From Marsupella aquatica (Eukaryota > Plantae > Marchantiophyta), in assembly GCA_973895155.1 (NCBI GenBank), contig OZ316891.1, positions 29,003,611 through 29,067,610 of the forward strand: DNA of 64,000 bases, given 5' to 3'. Every line of letters begins with the position of its first letter. Position 1 is the first letter of the stretch. A program made the translations under genes and the position numbers. The notes under the pieces were generated by a model. That model was given only the letters and a program-made list of their open reading frames with translations, was not told where the DNA came from and did not search any database. Shown here piece by piece: positions 37,222 through 50,337 of the stretch.

Positions 37222-37849
37222 AACCCTACTTTTAGAGTTACCAACAATTGTAAGACATATGTTGACATAGTTGTTGACACATTGTAGAACATTTCTCATT
37301 GTTGAGTTACCAACAATCCTCCAGCAACACGCAAACTGCAGTTTTCCTTGAATACTTGTCTATAATTAACATATGATCAGTATTCTATTCCCAATTGAAA
37401 TTGAGCTCACTAAGTAATCCTTAGTCTCACATGTTACAATAATCAAGTGGACAAATAGGATAGGTACTTTACAAATTTCTAAAATTGAGATAGAATTTAG
37501 TAAACTTTGATTGAAGGTTGCTTTTGTTACTTTCCCAGTTCAATATTTAAAATGAAATCCATGATAGACCATGATGGTTGACTGCCCAAAACCTGTGTGG
37601 ACTGTTTTGAAACATGATTTGTTATTTGGATAATATCTTTTGTTCTTGAAAATGTTTACATTAACAAGAATTGTGAAATAATATTTGGTTTATTAGAATC
37701 TTAGGTTAAGCTGCCACTGGCCATATTAGAGTTAGAAACACCAAAGGCCAAAAACCTCATTCATTTCCCTCTGCCCCATTACTGTAGCACCCATCATTTA
37801 CGGTCCTAAAGTTTAGAGCACGATTTGCCAGCATGAAATAGATTTTACA

Positions 37850-38415
37850 GAAATACGCTGATCAAATAATGCTTACAGCTGTTTACTAACCTGTCCTCTA
37901 CACTACCATATATTACTAACATGTCCCATAAACAAACTTATTTAACAACCTGCACCCATTTTGTATTTGGGTTAATATCAACTTGTATACATTCCCTTTG
38001 CCATGTGGTGAGTTGCTACTACCTAGCATTAACCCGCCGTGACCCCCCTTGGTACCCCTTTCCCTCCCCCATTGCGGGGCACAGTCACAACTTCGAGAGA
38101 AGCAAAAAAAATTTATTTTTGCTCCACACTCCCCTCACAAAAACCTGACATTTTTGGCCCTAATTTTACTCAGGAAAATGCTACGGGAAAGGGAAGTGGG
38201 GCCGAGGGGGGTCACAGTGGGTGATGGTAAGTGGGTGATGGTAAGCAGTAGCAACTCACCACATGGCAACTGAAACCCATATATGACTTAAATGGGGACG
38301 GGTTGATGAATAATTTGGTTTTGGGGGGGGGGGTGGGGGGGGGGGGGGGTTAGTAATACTGGGCAGTTAGGGGGACAAGGGAGTAAAAGGTTGATAATGC
38401 TTCTGAGCATGATTT
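37850..38415. mobile_element. Foldback/MITE-like element
   Basis: Perfect 23-bp inverted core TTGCCATGTGGTGAGTTGCTACT (37998-38020 versus 38247-38269), inner GTGACCCCCC/GGGGGGTCAC, and weaker outer arms. Limits are approximate. Confidence 0.65.
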
Positions 38416-39012
38416 CAAGCCGCATACTAAGTACAAAGCCACCAATTCCCAGAGCATTATTTGCCAACCCGAAATAGTTTTTTCCAGAAATTACAGTAGG
38501 TGATCAAATAATGCGCATGTGTATGGTTCGGTCGGCTTCCCTGCATATAAAAAACTACCGTACCTAAATCCAAGTACTGCTGATTGAACTCGACATTGCC
38601 TCCTTTCAAAGCCTGGAACGACAAATGGCCAAATGGGCGGAGTTTTTCCAAGGTGTCAGTGTTCTCGTTGGACATCATGCAAAAGTATGGTGAATTCATT
38701 TATTAGGGAAAGTGTTCAGTACAGACTTTTTACTGGTTCTACCGTCCCCTGATCACCCTCCATCCCTCCATAGCCGGCCTGGACCGGCGCCTTCATCTCA
38801 GGATTCTTTGACTGCGGGTCTCTTTCATATAATGATTTTATCCGGCCTACTGGAGTACTGAATGCAAAAGTACTGTACAAAGCTGGGAAAAGTTGGGGAC
38901 TGGAATGATAAAGCCCTGCGTCCTGTTGGAGCTGCTTACAATTCATTCTCTTAATCAGCCTCTGGCATTTGCAGTTTGTTACTGGAGCAGAGCCAAAAAA
39001 GCCAAAAAGGAA

Positions 39013-39263
39013 CCAAAAAAGAACCAATTTTCGAAACATGGCCAAACAACGCTTTTTTTATCAGGCTCTGGTGTTTGCATTTTGTTACTAACGACGACTC
39101 GAAAAAGAACCAGTACTGAAAAGGGCCCAAAGTACGCCGAACTAACGCAGAGCCAAAAAAGAACCAATTTACGAAACAACGCTTTTTCTATCAGGCTCTG
39201 GTGTTTGTATTTTGTTACTCACGACGACTCGAAAAAGAACCAATACCTGGAAGGCCCAAAGTA
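39013..39263. repeat. Two-copy tandem repeat, about 130-bp unit
   Basis: CCAAAAAAGAACCAATTT.CGAAAC...TCAGGCTCTGGTGTTTG...GGCCCAAAGTAC occurs twice. Confidence 0.88.
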
Positions 39264-41291
39264 CACTAAAAGCAAAAGAGGACAAACACCAAACTAGAGA
39301 GCAAAAGCAAGTGTTGGATGGGTCTGCTTTCGCCTTTCCAGGCAAAAACAGCAAACCCTCAAAACTGAGAAAGATTAAAAAATAGGAGAACAGATCTACA
39401 ATTTCTAGTGTGATGAGGTAATGGTCCACCATGCAGAGGCGCAGGAGAATGCAGAGATTGCTTACGACATGAGCTTTGCGGGAGGGGTGCAGTTTTTAGC
39501 TATGCTTGTGCATATGGGTTACCGGTGTAGAAACATTTGTTTACTAATTTCCTTAGAGGGATGTTGAAGTATGGCGGACAGGGATTTTGGAAGATCCAGG
39601 ACAGACATTCTCTACTGTATGGTTGGACAGCACGAGGCTTGAAGCTCTAGACCAGCTGGAAGGGTGCCCTTGACTGTGGGAAAAAAATGATCGCTTGAGA
39701 AAGCAGCTTGACGTTTCTCGTGTACAGATCGGTGAGGAGATGTGCTGTTCGTGTACGTGGGTGGTCCATGGATTGCATTGTTCCTCTGGGAAGTGTTCAG
39801 CTAGGCGGACAATAAGAGAGATCGTTTCAGCAGAGGCCGTGGATTGATCCATTGATTGCTGATTGCTGTGTAGGGATGGTGACGCTTTGGGAAGCCCAGT
39901 TTGAGTATTGGCCACTTCTTATTTTCACTAGAGGCAGAATTTCTCCACATTAATTGAGAAACATATGACGTGTCTGGTCTCAAGAAGCAGGCTCTTCACT
40001 CCACTTGCCAGGCCAGGCCAGGACGTTGTGGAGGTTGCGTTCAGATCCAGAATGATGCAATAAGGGAAGACTCTTCCTTGAGCATCGAGGCAGAATCGGG
40101 TTGATCTTTCCTTTGTGTTTGTGTCTGCACAGACTTAGGTGTGGATCCGGTGAAATGTGAAATTGCGTTACATTTGCTTGAGTGTTCGTCACACAGGAGC
40201 TGCCTTGGCTGTCATAATTATCATGGAGAGTAGCTGGTTTAGAGCCTGGGGTTGGACTTTGAAGGGCTTAGCACTTGATCTAGTGACAGGGCGGAGTTGA
40301 GAGTCTGGTAACTTAGATGTTCTCCGCTCTACTTCCTGGCGATCAAAATCACGGAATTTGGAGAATTGGGTGTTTTATCCACGCAGAGCAGGTGGTGCTT
40401 TTGGAGGTGAGGTCTATTTCCGAGACAACGTCTTACCGAGATTGTGGAGGGGTGACGTAGGTTGCACTTGACTTTTTTCCACACAGGAATAGGCAGTGAA
40501 GATTAAACTCTACGCCATTTAGTGTCCCACGATGCTACAAGGCAAAATTAAGCTCCTCTTGCAAATTACTGTGGCATGATGCAAGTGATCGTTCTCGTCG
40601 GATTCTGTATGCAACCATCCTATTCCCACCAGAGTGCTCCATTGCGAAACTGACCAGTGACAACCCAGTTGTGAAGATGTTATCTTGACCTCATTGGACG
40701 TGGTTTATATTGCCCTGTTGGGTAATGAACCAATCCATACCTGAGGAGGAGAGCCCATGTAGGCAGCTCTCCCCATTCCCTATCCCTTCCATATCACAGG
40801 GTTTCGTTTGGGGATCGCATTGACCATAATAATATGCGCTAGTCTTGAGGGACGGTTCAATTTGCTATTTCAGCAGAATTTCAGTTGCAAGAATAATGTG
40901 CCAATCACAGGTTAGGATTATGATGCCCTTCTCGTGCACCCGGCTAAGAAACATCAGATAATGGCCTTCTTTTCATCTCACCTCGATTTTCACAACGTAT
41001 TCTGTTTGCAGAAGTAAAATGGATTGGCAATACTACTTTTTAACGAGAGGTAGCCTCCTTTTTGTTCAGGAGACAAGCACTGTCAGCAATCAGCAATTTT
41101 TTCTGGAGAATCGGCACTCTCGCGTGACTCAGTAGCTCGAACTTCCTTCTCGCGTGAAAGATACAATTTAGGCTTGCATTGCCGAAACAAACGAATGATG
41201 GACGCTGAGAAGAAGAGTGCCATGTGATACGCTGGTGGCCCCCAGCTAGCTGATCATCTAAAAATTACACTTCCTGAGCATGCGGGGCGCA

Positions 41292-44200
41292 ATGGAGTCA
41301 AAGAGTTTGCGAGATGGGTGGGATCGGTGGGCTTGTCTCGCAGCAGCCATGATCATGGAGGTAAGCTGGTCTGGTTTGCACTCTTTGATTGAGATTGGTC
41401 ATTTCTCGATGTCTGATCATTCAATTGGGTGTTGGGTGATCCTGGACGAGCTGTGTGGACATTGGGAATTCAGCACTTGCTTCCTTCAAAATTGATCATT
41501 CAATTGGGTGTTGAGTAATCCTGGACGAGCTGTCTGGACATTGGGCTTTCTTTCTGAAAAAGTGTTAGTGTAATGATGACTTAAGGAAACACATCTGAGA
41601 TGTGAATCATCCGGACTGAACTGTATCTTTGAGCGTCTGACTTTCTATCCATGCAACTCCGCTTAACTCTGAGCAATATTAAACCAGGGGTGTGTAAATT
41701 CTTTCTGGATTGCAATGGTTTCTCCCACACTTGTTGGAGGATGCAGCTTAACAAGTGAAACTGTGACAGGCATGCGGAGGTTTGGGCTACACATTTGCAG
41801 TTTACAGTCAGCACTTGAAGGAAAGACTGGAATATGATCAAGAAGACCTGGACGGTATTGGCGCTGCCAAGGACTTCGGTTATTCTCTCGGAATAGTGGG
41901 GGGAATTTTTTATAACTTCATTCCTCCGTGGATGACCGTTGGTATCGGGTCCATTCTCCACATTACGGGTTACTTCATGGTAAACTTCTCCATCTCAAAC
42001 TTTTGGACGAACTATTAGTTTTTGCAATTCTCTGTCCATATCTTTCCATCTGGATGACCTTAGGTTGGATCATGGTAGGAAAGGTCGGAATTTTGCGCAA
42101 GACACTACGTTTTTCTGTCGCGGCTGCCATTGCTGCTTAAGCGATTGGATCTTGCTCCATGTCACACATTCTCCAAATGATGTGACAATTTTCAAATCAG
42201 GATGTAGGCATTTGATCTGCTAGATTGTCGAGATTTATGGGGTGGATGGAGCCGTCCCACACATTTAGAAGCTACGTTGTTGAATTAGCCCTTACCAGGG
42301 CCTTGATTAGAACTGTGTCATTAATTAATGTGTTTTCCAGTGTCAACTAAAATTGGTCTTGTCTTCAGGTTTACTTGACATCAGCAGGGAAGATTGAACC
42401 ACCGTTTTTTTTGGTACGAGAGTTACCTCTCCGTTTGTCTTGCAATCCTGTAGATGATTGATGAGAAATAAATAGCTTCAGTCATCCTTATTGTCATGGT
42501 TGTGTTGGTTATTTGAGCTTGGCTTGTGAAGGTAGTTCAGCCGGAGAGATGCAGTAGATCCAGTGAAAAGAATGAAGTTTAGATCTTCGACGCACTAATG
42601 CATTATCTCTTGACACGAGACTCTGAAATGCCTGCGTAGTTCGTACAAGGATCTGCTGGCTTTACTCTAATCTTCTCCCTTGTTCTGAATGAGGGCAACA
42701 GATGTGCGGATTCATTGCTATGGGTGTTGGAGGTGATAGCTGGATTGATACAGCTGCTATTACGACAAGGTATTCCATGCACGGTGGAAACTCTTCTTGT
42801 CATGCTCGATTGACCGTCCTGGTTTTAAGCATGGCTATTCTAGCAGTTGGTGTCAGTGTAATTCAATCCTTTGGTCAATAAGATTCTCACTGTCATAGCA
42901 CTCCTCTACAACCTAATCTTTGCATCCAGTGTACAGAATTTTTCGGATTATCGAGGAACTGCATTAGGCGTGTTGAAAGCTCAAGTTGGTATATCAGGGG
43001 CAATTTTTGTGACGGTACGTAGGTCATATATTTCTTTTGCGTCTCTGTGCTTATTGTTACATGGTTGATACTGTTACAGCTGGTGACTGACTTCTCCATG
43101 ATTCGCTAATGCTCTTGTTGCTTGAAATGGATACCTTCGTTTTTAGATATAAATTGAACCTCATACTGTTGATTATCCCCTCTTGTGGAGCGATCATGTC
43201 TCTGTTTGTCCTTTTTACTCCGAATAATGTGTGTGGCCTGCAGCTTTACAAGGCATTTTTGAAACCCAACGTCGATGGATACGTCCTCTTGGTAGCATTG
43301 GCGCCTGCACTCATAAGCTTTGCTCTAGCTTTTATCATTCGGCCTTTCCCTTCCAACGAGTCTGATTCCAGTGATCGTGGGAGATTTGAAATGGCATATG
43401 TAAGTCATGCTTGAGCTTGAGTAGCATTGTAGACAATTATCGAAATTGCAATCAAGAATACTCGCGCGAGTGGAGACATTGATACGCTAAAAGCTTTTGG
43501 TGCGGCTTGCTGGGGAGTGTGGAAGGAGTGTGGAGTGTGGATTGTGATTGATTCCAAAATTGTGTTTGATGACAGGGGGCTACGATTTTCCTTGGTCTGT
43601 ATCTTCTATTTTCGATAATTTTCCAGGTATAAACTTGATTGAGCAGTGACTTTTGTTCCGACCTGGCGAATTTGTTTGGGACAGAAATACCGACAGCATG
43701 TTCAGTTTGTGTGTGTGGACATTCACTCTTGGACGGCCGAGAGTTCGAATTTTACAACCTCGTCCCTGGCTTCTGTTCATAGGATATTATCTAACAGCGA
43801 CTTTTGTGTATTCTGTATTCTTGTTGGAATACAGGCATGGCGGGATTTAGCAAGGTCGTGGCTAATTTTCTTTGCTGTGACCATGGTGACACAGTTCTTT
43901 GTAACTTCTTTACTTTTGGTAAGTACGATACGTTTTATACTGAACACTGACGTTATTGCACACTGTCGGTGTCTTCTGTCACAAGAAATTTCCAAATGCT
44001 GTTGGCTTTCTTTCATTGCCTTCTTTCATTGCTAAATATCTGTTATGTTGTACTTTTGCAGGTTTTTTATCGACCTGCTAAACGCATTTTTGACTCTCTG
44101 GTGGGTGTCCCTTTGGAACAAAATAATGTAGAAGAGATGGTGCTAAAACCCAACTTGAAGCACAAGCATTCAGATATCATCTCAAGAGACGATAATTCAG

Positions 44201-46465
44201 AAGAAGATAGCCAACCATTAAAAGGTGAAGCACAGGACAGTCAAGAAGACTCTCAGGATCATCATGCGGTATCCTTACCTTCTCAGATGTTGGGGCAGAA
44301 GCAGGGTTATCATATTCTTGAACCACAAGGAGAAGAGGCATCGAAGGGCATGCAATTGTTAGCACAGCAAGAGGTTCCTCTGGCGGAGTCAGCTGGGCCT
44401 GAGAGCTATACCTTATGGCAATGCGTCCATAGCGTCAACTTCTGGTAAATCATAATATTTTGTCCCGGGTGGAGGTACATGGTATCGTAGGGTTGCATAG
44501 TAACTTGTGGCCACTATGTCCCTTGAGCTGGAGCATGGAAGTAGCAAAATTGCCACCTTACCAAGATAGCTTGCTAGTAGTTCTATTTGATTATGAGAGA
44601 CCTAATGCCGTGTGTTATTTACTATCATTGGTGGGGCCTCAATATTAGTGACTAGACTTGTCATCTTCTCTCCAACTGGCGATCGTATGTCGTAACTACT
44701 AGTTTTTCTTTTCGTTTCTTTCCTGACCAAATGTTCTCATCTGAACTGGACATCGCTTGTTAACCCAAGTATTGCTGCGGCAGGATAATATGCTTGGTGG
44801 CTATAACTGGCCCTGGAACTGGACTGGCTGTAATCAATAACTTTGGGCAGGTCAGGTTTTGTCCAAGCCCGACACAACAAAAAACACGCAACAATTACAA
44901 TCAACCTCTTCTGTTAGTCCGGTATTCATTGCATAGTAATCCTAGTCGTGCTATGGTTCTGGTCGCAAGTATTTTCAACTCAAATGAGTTACATGTCTGC
45001 AGATTGGGAGGTCATTGAAGTCGGAGAGTGTGGAGCTGTATGTGGGTCTGATAAGCGTTTCCAGCTGCTTTGGCCGTCTCGCTGGAGGGTAAGGTGCTTC
45101 CTGATCCTTTTGGTGATCGTTATCTTTGCAACAGAGAAGATAGCTGATTCACCCGTACCATCAGTACTCCCACCTTCATGGGCTTTGTACAGGTCCTGCG
45201 GAATGACCTGACTGTCATTAGAACGTGCTCTTTTTATTTTAGATTTTAAATTTTGCTGAGCTTTAGTGGTAATTAGCCCAACAAGAGACATGTCGTTCCA
45301 TTGTACAGGTATGGATCGGATGCGTTGCTGAAACGGACATCATATCCGAGGCCTTTGTGTTTGTCTTTATCACACCTGATAATGACGTTGGGTTGCTTGA
45401 CACTCGCTGCTGGATGTGAGTTTTCTCTCGAACCTCTGGTTCTAATAGTTCTCTTCTTCTCACTGCTTGGTTTGCGATTTGTTAGAAATAGAAATTAATT
45501 TGTGGGGCGTTACTTGGGAACTTTGTTCGGTTCGAGTCCAGTTCTCCCTTTCTGTTCCGTGCAGCCACGATGTGTCCTACTCATTGCCGTCGTTCTGCCG
45601 TAACATTCCGGTTATGTGGGAACATTGTTTTCGTAATGCTCCGACACACACTTCTATTGTGAACTTGGCTAATGGAGAGCTGCCTTGGGTTCATATGGTC
45701 TGAAACAGACGTCCCTTTGCTTTATGTGGGTTCCGCCCTTGTGGGTGGCTCTTATGGATCTTTTTGGGCACTTACACCAGCAATTTTAGCCGAAATTTTT
45801 GGCCTCCAGAATTTTCCTGCACTCTACAAATTGATAGGGTAAGCAAGATTTGTCTCCCTCTCCCTTTCTGGCATTTTCTGCATTGTGTCCCTGTCCCTTC
45901 GGAGCCCTTATCATTTAATACAGTTTAATTCAAATCCATTCAATTCAATGCTTAGCTGACAAGCTCAAAATTCGAAGCAAAAACAAAATCCACACATTCT
46001 AAGGTTTTTTAATCTCTTGAAAGGTTGGAACATTGAATTTTTCTTTGTCCACGCGTTGTTTTCCTGGACAGTTTCTTCAACTCCGAGAGTGTCCAATCCC
46101 CTCATAACTAGGGTTTTTAGAATGAAAGTGGAATTGGAGTAATGAAGAAGGTAATTCTCTTGTGTCTGCACAAATTTCACAATTTATACTTACCATTTCA
46201 TGTTCTGATCAAGTTCAGGGCATTTGGTCCAGTGGGAGCATTCGTTCTTTCGGCCAAAGTTGTAGGACAATTCTATGACGATGAAGCGGAAGCTTATCAT
46301 GTGGTCGGTGACGCTGGTGAACAGACCTGCCTAGGAAGAAAATGCTTTGAATTTTCCATGTTGATTTTGGCCGTCGTGTGTATGCTTGGGGCATCATTAG
46401 GGGCACTGTTGTCCATAAGAACTAGGCAAATATATGCACAGATGAAGTTGCAATCTAGACAATAG
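41292..46465 (+). CDS. Nodulin-like/NFD4-like major facilitator superfamily transporter; exons 41292-41360, 41770-41979, 42369-42413, 42702-42769, 42930-43014, 43244-43399, 43576-43626, 43835-43918, 44062-44444, 44784-44850, 45003-45088, 45309-45415, 45709-45838, 46219-46465
   Basis: RWACLAAAMIMEACGGLGYTFAVYS..LK..L.YDQ, AKDFG, NFSDYRGTALGVLKAQVGISGAIF, NFW, GTGLAVINNFGQIG, FGRLAGG, AEIFGLQNF..LY, CLGRKCF. All introns are GT-AG and in phase. An in-frame ATG at 41280 is an alternative start. Confidence 0.93.
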
Positions 46466-47086
46466 TCTCTGAATCGGGCCGAATGTAAATTATTTTCCGG
46501 CCAGCTGAAGCGGGCATTGCAGGGACTTATGTAAAGATAAGAGGTAGCAACGCTGAAAATCCTCACTATTTGTGAAATGTATTACCTTCTGACCACCTCT
46601 ACGTTCTTCAGGCCGAGATGTGTTACCCTTGTAAACAAGAACTGTAGTTCAAAAGTGTTCCAGTGATGTTGGTCAATAGGGGCTTGCTAGTTGACCCCCT
46701 CAAGCCATAATCCAGGGAAATGAATGTGATTTGCTTATTGCTGCTATCCATCTCAACTTCCCTGTTCTAGGAAGTTTCAAGAAGTTTCTCTATCAAATAC
46801 TACTACAGTAGTGGTCTTCAGTTGTAGTTGTGAATTCCTTGTAACATGTCCAGTGGACGAGACGAGAAATTGTGGTAGAACAAAGTAGAAGATCATAGAA
46901 CTGAGCTGGTGGAGATTCGGAGTCTTATACTTTTACCAGACAGCACAATGGACTCGAACTTGGGGAATTCACTAAAGCCTCATTTCGCAGAGTTGGAGAG
47001 GAGATCTCGAAGTGCCACAAAGCTATCATTTGCGTATAGTTGAGTACGGGATTTCTATGTCAATTGCCCGGGATCATAGGGAAACA

Positions 47087-47300
47087 GAAAAGGTTGCTCG
47101 ATTTTGTTCTCCCGATGTATTTGCCAAAAAATTGAAACTGAATTTGAAAGAGTTGGAAACGCTTGCTAACTTCTGTTCTCCTGATGTATTTGCCAAAAAT
47201 TGAAACTAGATTTAGAGAGTTGGAAAGGTTTGCTCAATTCTGTTCCCCTGACCTGTCTGCCAGCAAATTGGCAATGGACTATATTAAGTTGGAAAGGTTG
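47087..47300. repeat. Three-copy tandem repeat, about 69-bp unit
   Basis: TTGCT...TGTTCTCC.GATGTATTTGCCAAAAATTGAAACT...GAGTTGGAAA is repeated. Confidence 0.85.
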
Positions 47301-49504
47301 TTATTGCTAATATGAGCCACTTGCCAGTGTCAAAAAGTACTGTTTCTCATATTATTACCGTTCTGATTAATAGTGTTCAGTGGAGTCTGGTGATCTTGTC
47401 AACTGGATCTGATTGTGGTTTTGTATTAGTCTCTGGGCGTAGATACAAGTTCAACGTGCATTCATGTTTAGTTCGCAGTATGCACTCTTTTAATGGATTC
47501 GCGAATCAATGCTAGATTGAGTTGAGGAACGCTTCAGATCTTGTTGAGAGCCTTCGGTGGAGTCTGTCCGAGGTTCACCACAATTATAAACACGAAATCA
47601 CATCCTTAGATTCATACTTCATACCACATGGTATTCTCAGATAATGGCATTGACATCAGGTTTGTTTGTAAGAATTTCAACATTACATATATGCAATTAT
47701 AAACATCCTGATTCCTTTTAGTGACAAGTTTTCGGACTCTATGTTTGACTGTAGCTTTGGTCTGCCTCGATACGGTCCATTCCAGACTTGACGATATGGT
47801 GCAGTTATCATTTTTTTGGTTTGGATTTTACTGTGTACCATAGCATCCATTTCTTTTAATGTCTGTCCCCTGGTCGAGAAATTTGCTTAATAGGTGGGGC
47901 TCCAAATGTAAATAAGTTTTCTAAAGCATGCCTAAAACTTTCCAATTTAGTACGTGTGGCTGTAGTACTGTTGTGCTAACCTTTTTTAAAAGGAATGAAA
48001 GACATACTACAATGACAAGGGGCAGGTTCCATAGGAAGGAAGGGGGGCAGAGCAAGTCCTTGTCCTGGTGACCATAGTCTAATGGAACTAACTAGAGTTC
48101 ACCTGTCAAACCGGGGAGCTGGTGAAAACCGGTCATTTTGTTCCTAAACCCAAGACCCATGTTGACTGGCCACTCTTGCCCCTCTGCCACAGTTAGTGCA
48201 ACACTGCTACAACCCCATTGTTTGGGCCACACCTACTGGTACCTGATTAAGAAACTTCCTTGCTTTTGTGGTCTCACTAAGCAGAATGAAAAGGTTTGGG
48301 CCTGGTCAAGAATTCTTTTTCATTTGGGGTCATACTATTTGAGCAAATTTCCTGCCCCGCTCTTTCCACAGAGCTATGAAGAACAATTCTTTCCTGGAGC
48401 TTTTTTAACTCCTAAAAATTCAACATTCCTAAGCAATTTGATCTAATTCCTAAGCTCCCATGTAACTTAGAACCCACACAACCGGGATGAACAAATTAAT
48501 AATATTCTCTGATACATGGAGGAAATGTTGAGGGGTGGGTAACAATTTGCTTTGCATCAAAATTGTGGGCTGCAAGTTTTTGGAGCTTGTTGCAAAAAGC
48601 AAATAACTATGCAAGGTGGGCAATCTTTTGGGAAGTCTTCAAATTTTGATGGGAGGTACATTCAAGAGAGGGCTTTGGTATGCAGTTTTGACCTCTCCCT
48701 CTTACAACTCATTTACTGGTTATTAGGCGCACTGCACACTCAGGAGCCTCAATGGTTGACTGTGGAAATCCGTAGGAACCAGGTGCAAGTGAAAATAGGG
48801 ATATCCAAGTGATTTGCAAAATTCTAAAAATTCATTGGAGGCTAAACAAGGTATTATAAGGGTTTTAGAATATTAACTAATTGCTGAGAGCATAGAGATT
48901 GCAATGCCTTCTGGACCGTGGTTGCATAGGCTTATCCATTTAAAAAAACGTTTGTCTTATCATACAAAGTTACCATCCATCTATGAAGAGAACGGACAAG
49001 ATAAGTGACCAATGCTAAGCATTGACATTGCAATGTGGGATTGGAAAACCTAGAAACTCTTGCTGAGATTGCAATGTGGGATTATAATGTCAAAGAGTTG
49101 TGACTCTTCAATGGACCAATCAGAATTTGTTTAAATCACTTTTTGGACCAAAAGTGATTTTTAATGGTCAGCCCTTGCTTTGTTGAGGAATTGTATTCCC
49201 ACATTCCTCTTCAATTCTTCATTTATCATGGAAAGAGTCATTCCGCCATCAAATGTTCCTACTTCAAGGATAACCTTTAGATCTGGCAATGAACCTCATT
49301 GGGGGTATAAGTTTTTGACAAAATTATCCATAGTACATTTTTTCGTTTTACCAAAGTCATTATTTGGTCCATCCAATCTTCTGTGATTTTAGGAGCACTT
49401 GTCAGATTTGGTGATCTAACCCCATTGCAGACATAAGTTTTTGGCATATTTAGTCCGAAAACTCATTTTTTTTCCTCAGACATATATTTGAGGTGACAGA
49501 GTTT

Positions 49505-49627
49505 CCTACATTTAAGGAGAACTGTTAAATCTAGCAATTAACCTTTGCCAAAATTTATTCCTTTTTGTGACAATCTTGGCAAAGGTCAATTGCTAGATTT
49601 AGGGTGACAGTTCTCCTTAAATGTAGG
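49505..49627. repeat. 123-bp hairpin (MITE-like)
   Basis: Perfect 21-bp arms CCTACATTTAAGGAGAACTGT plus inner 26-bp arms TAAATCTAGCAATT.ACCTTTGCCAA. Confidence 0.88.
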
Positions 49628-49937
49628 TTACCCATTCTAGCTCCTCGGCATCCAACAGTTGTCTGTGTTCCCGATGTCAAGATCCGATGGTGTCAGATTC
49701 TCTCAGTCTCATCTTTGACCACCCTTGGGTCAATTGGCCCAAAGGTGGGTCGGCAAGCCTGCAGTCGGGCAGTACGGCAAGGCCGAGAAGGGGTGCGGTT
49801 GGGGGCAGGCAACCCACCTTTGGGCCAACTGACCCAAGAGTGGTCAAAGATGAGACTGAGTGAATCTGACGCCATCAGATCTTGACAGTGGGAACACATA
49901 CAACTATTGGATGCCGAGGAGCTAACCTGGGTTACAT
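49628..49937. repeat. About 310-bp foldback with about 120-bp arms and a GC-rich loop of about 60 bp
   Basis: TAGCTCCTCGGCATCCAA...TTGGCCCAAAGGTGGGT pairs with ACCCACCTTTGGGCCAA...TTGGATGCCGAGGAGCTA with only scattered mismatches. Confidence 0.92.
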
Positions 49938-50024
49938 TTCTTGACACATGGACAAAAACAGTGGCACTTTGATAAATAGAAAAAAAAATGGTGACAATGT
50001 ATCTATTATGCAAAGATGTCAATC

Positions 50025-50337
50025 TAATAAATCATATGTTTATGTCCTTGGTCACTTATGTTCCTATCGGTTAAATGTTGAACGCCAGGTTAAGGTGGCC
50101 CAAGATAGGTTCTCATGACTTTCACGGAAGTGAGATTATTCCGACTATTCTGGTATGGCCGAGTATATTGGGCAAAGATGACCATGTAATAAATCATATG
50201 TTTATGTCCTTGGCCACTTACTGTATGTTCCTATGGGTTAAATGTTGAACCCCGGTTAAGGTAGCCCAAGATAGGTTCTCATGACTTTCACGGAAGTGAG
50301 ATTTTTCCGATTTATTCTGGTATGGCCGAAGTATTGA
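50025..50337. repeat. Two-copy tandem repeat, about 163-bp period
   Basis: TAATAAATCATATGTTTATGTCCTTGG...TATTCTGGTATGGCCGA occurs twice. Confidence 0.9.
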
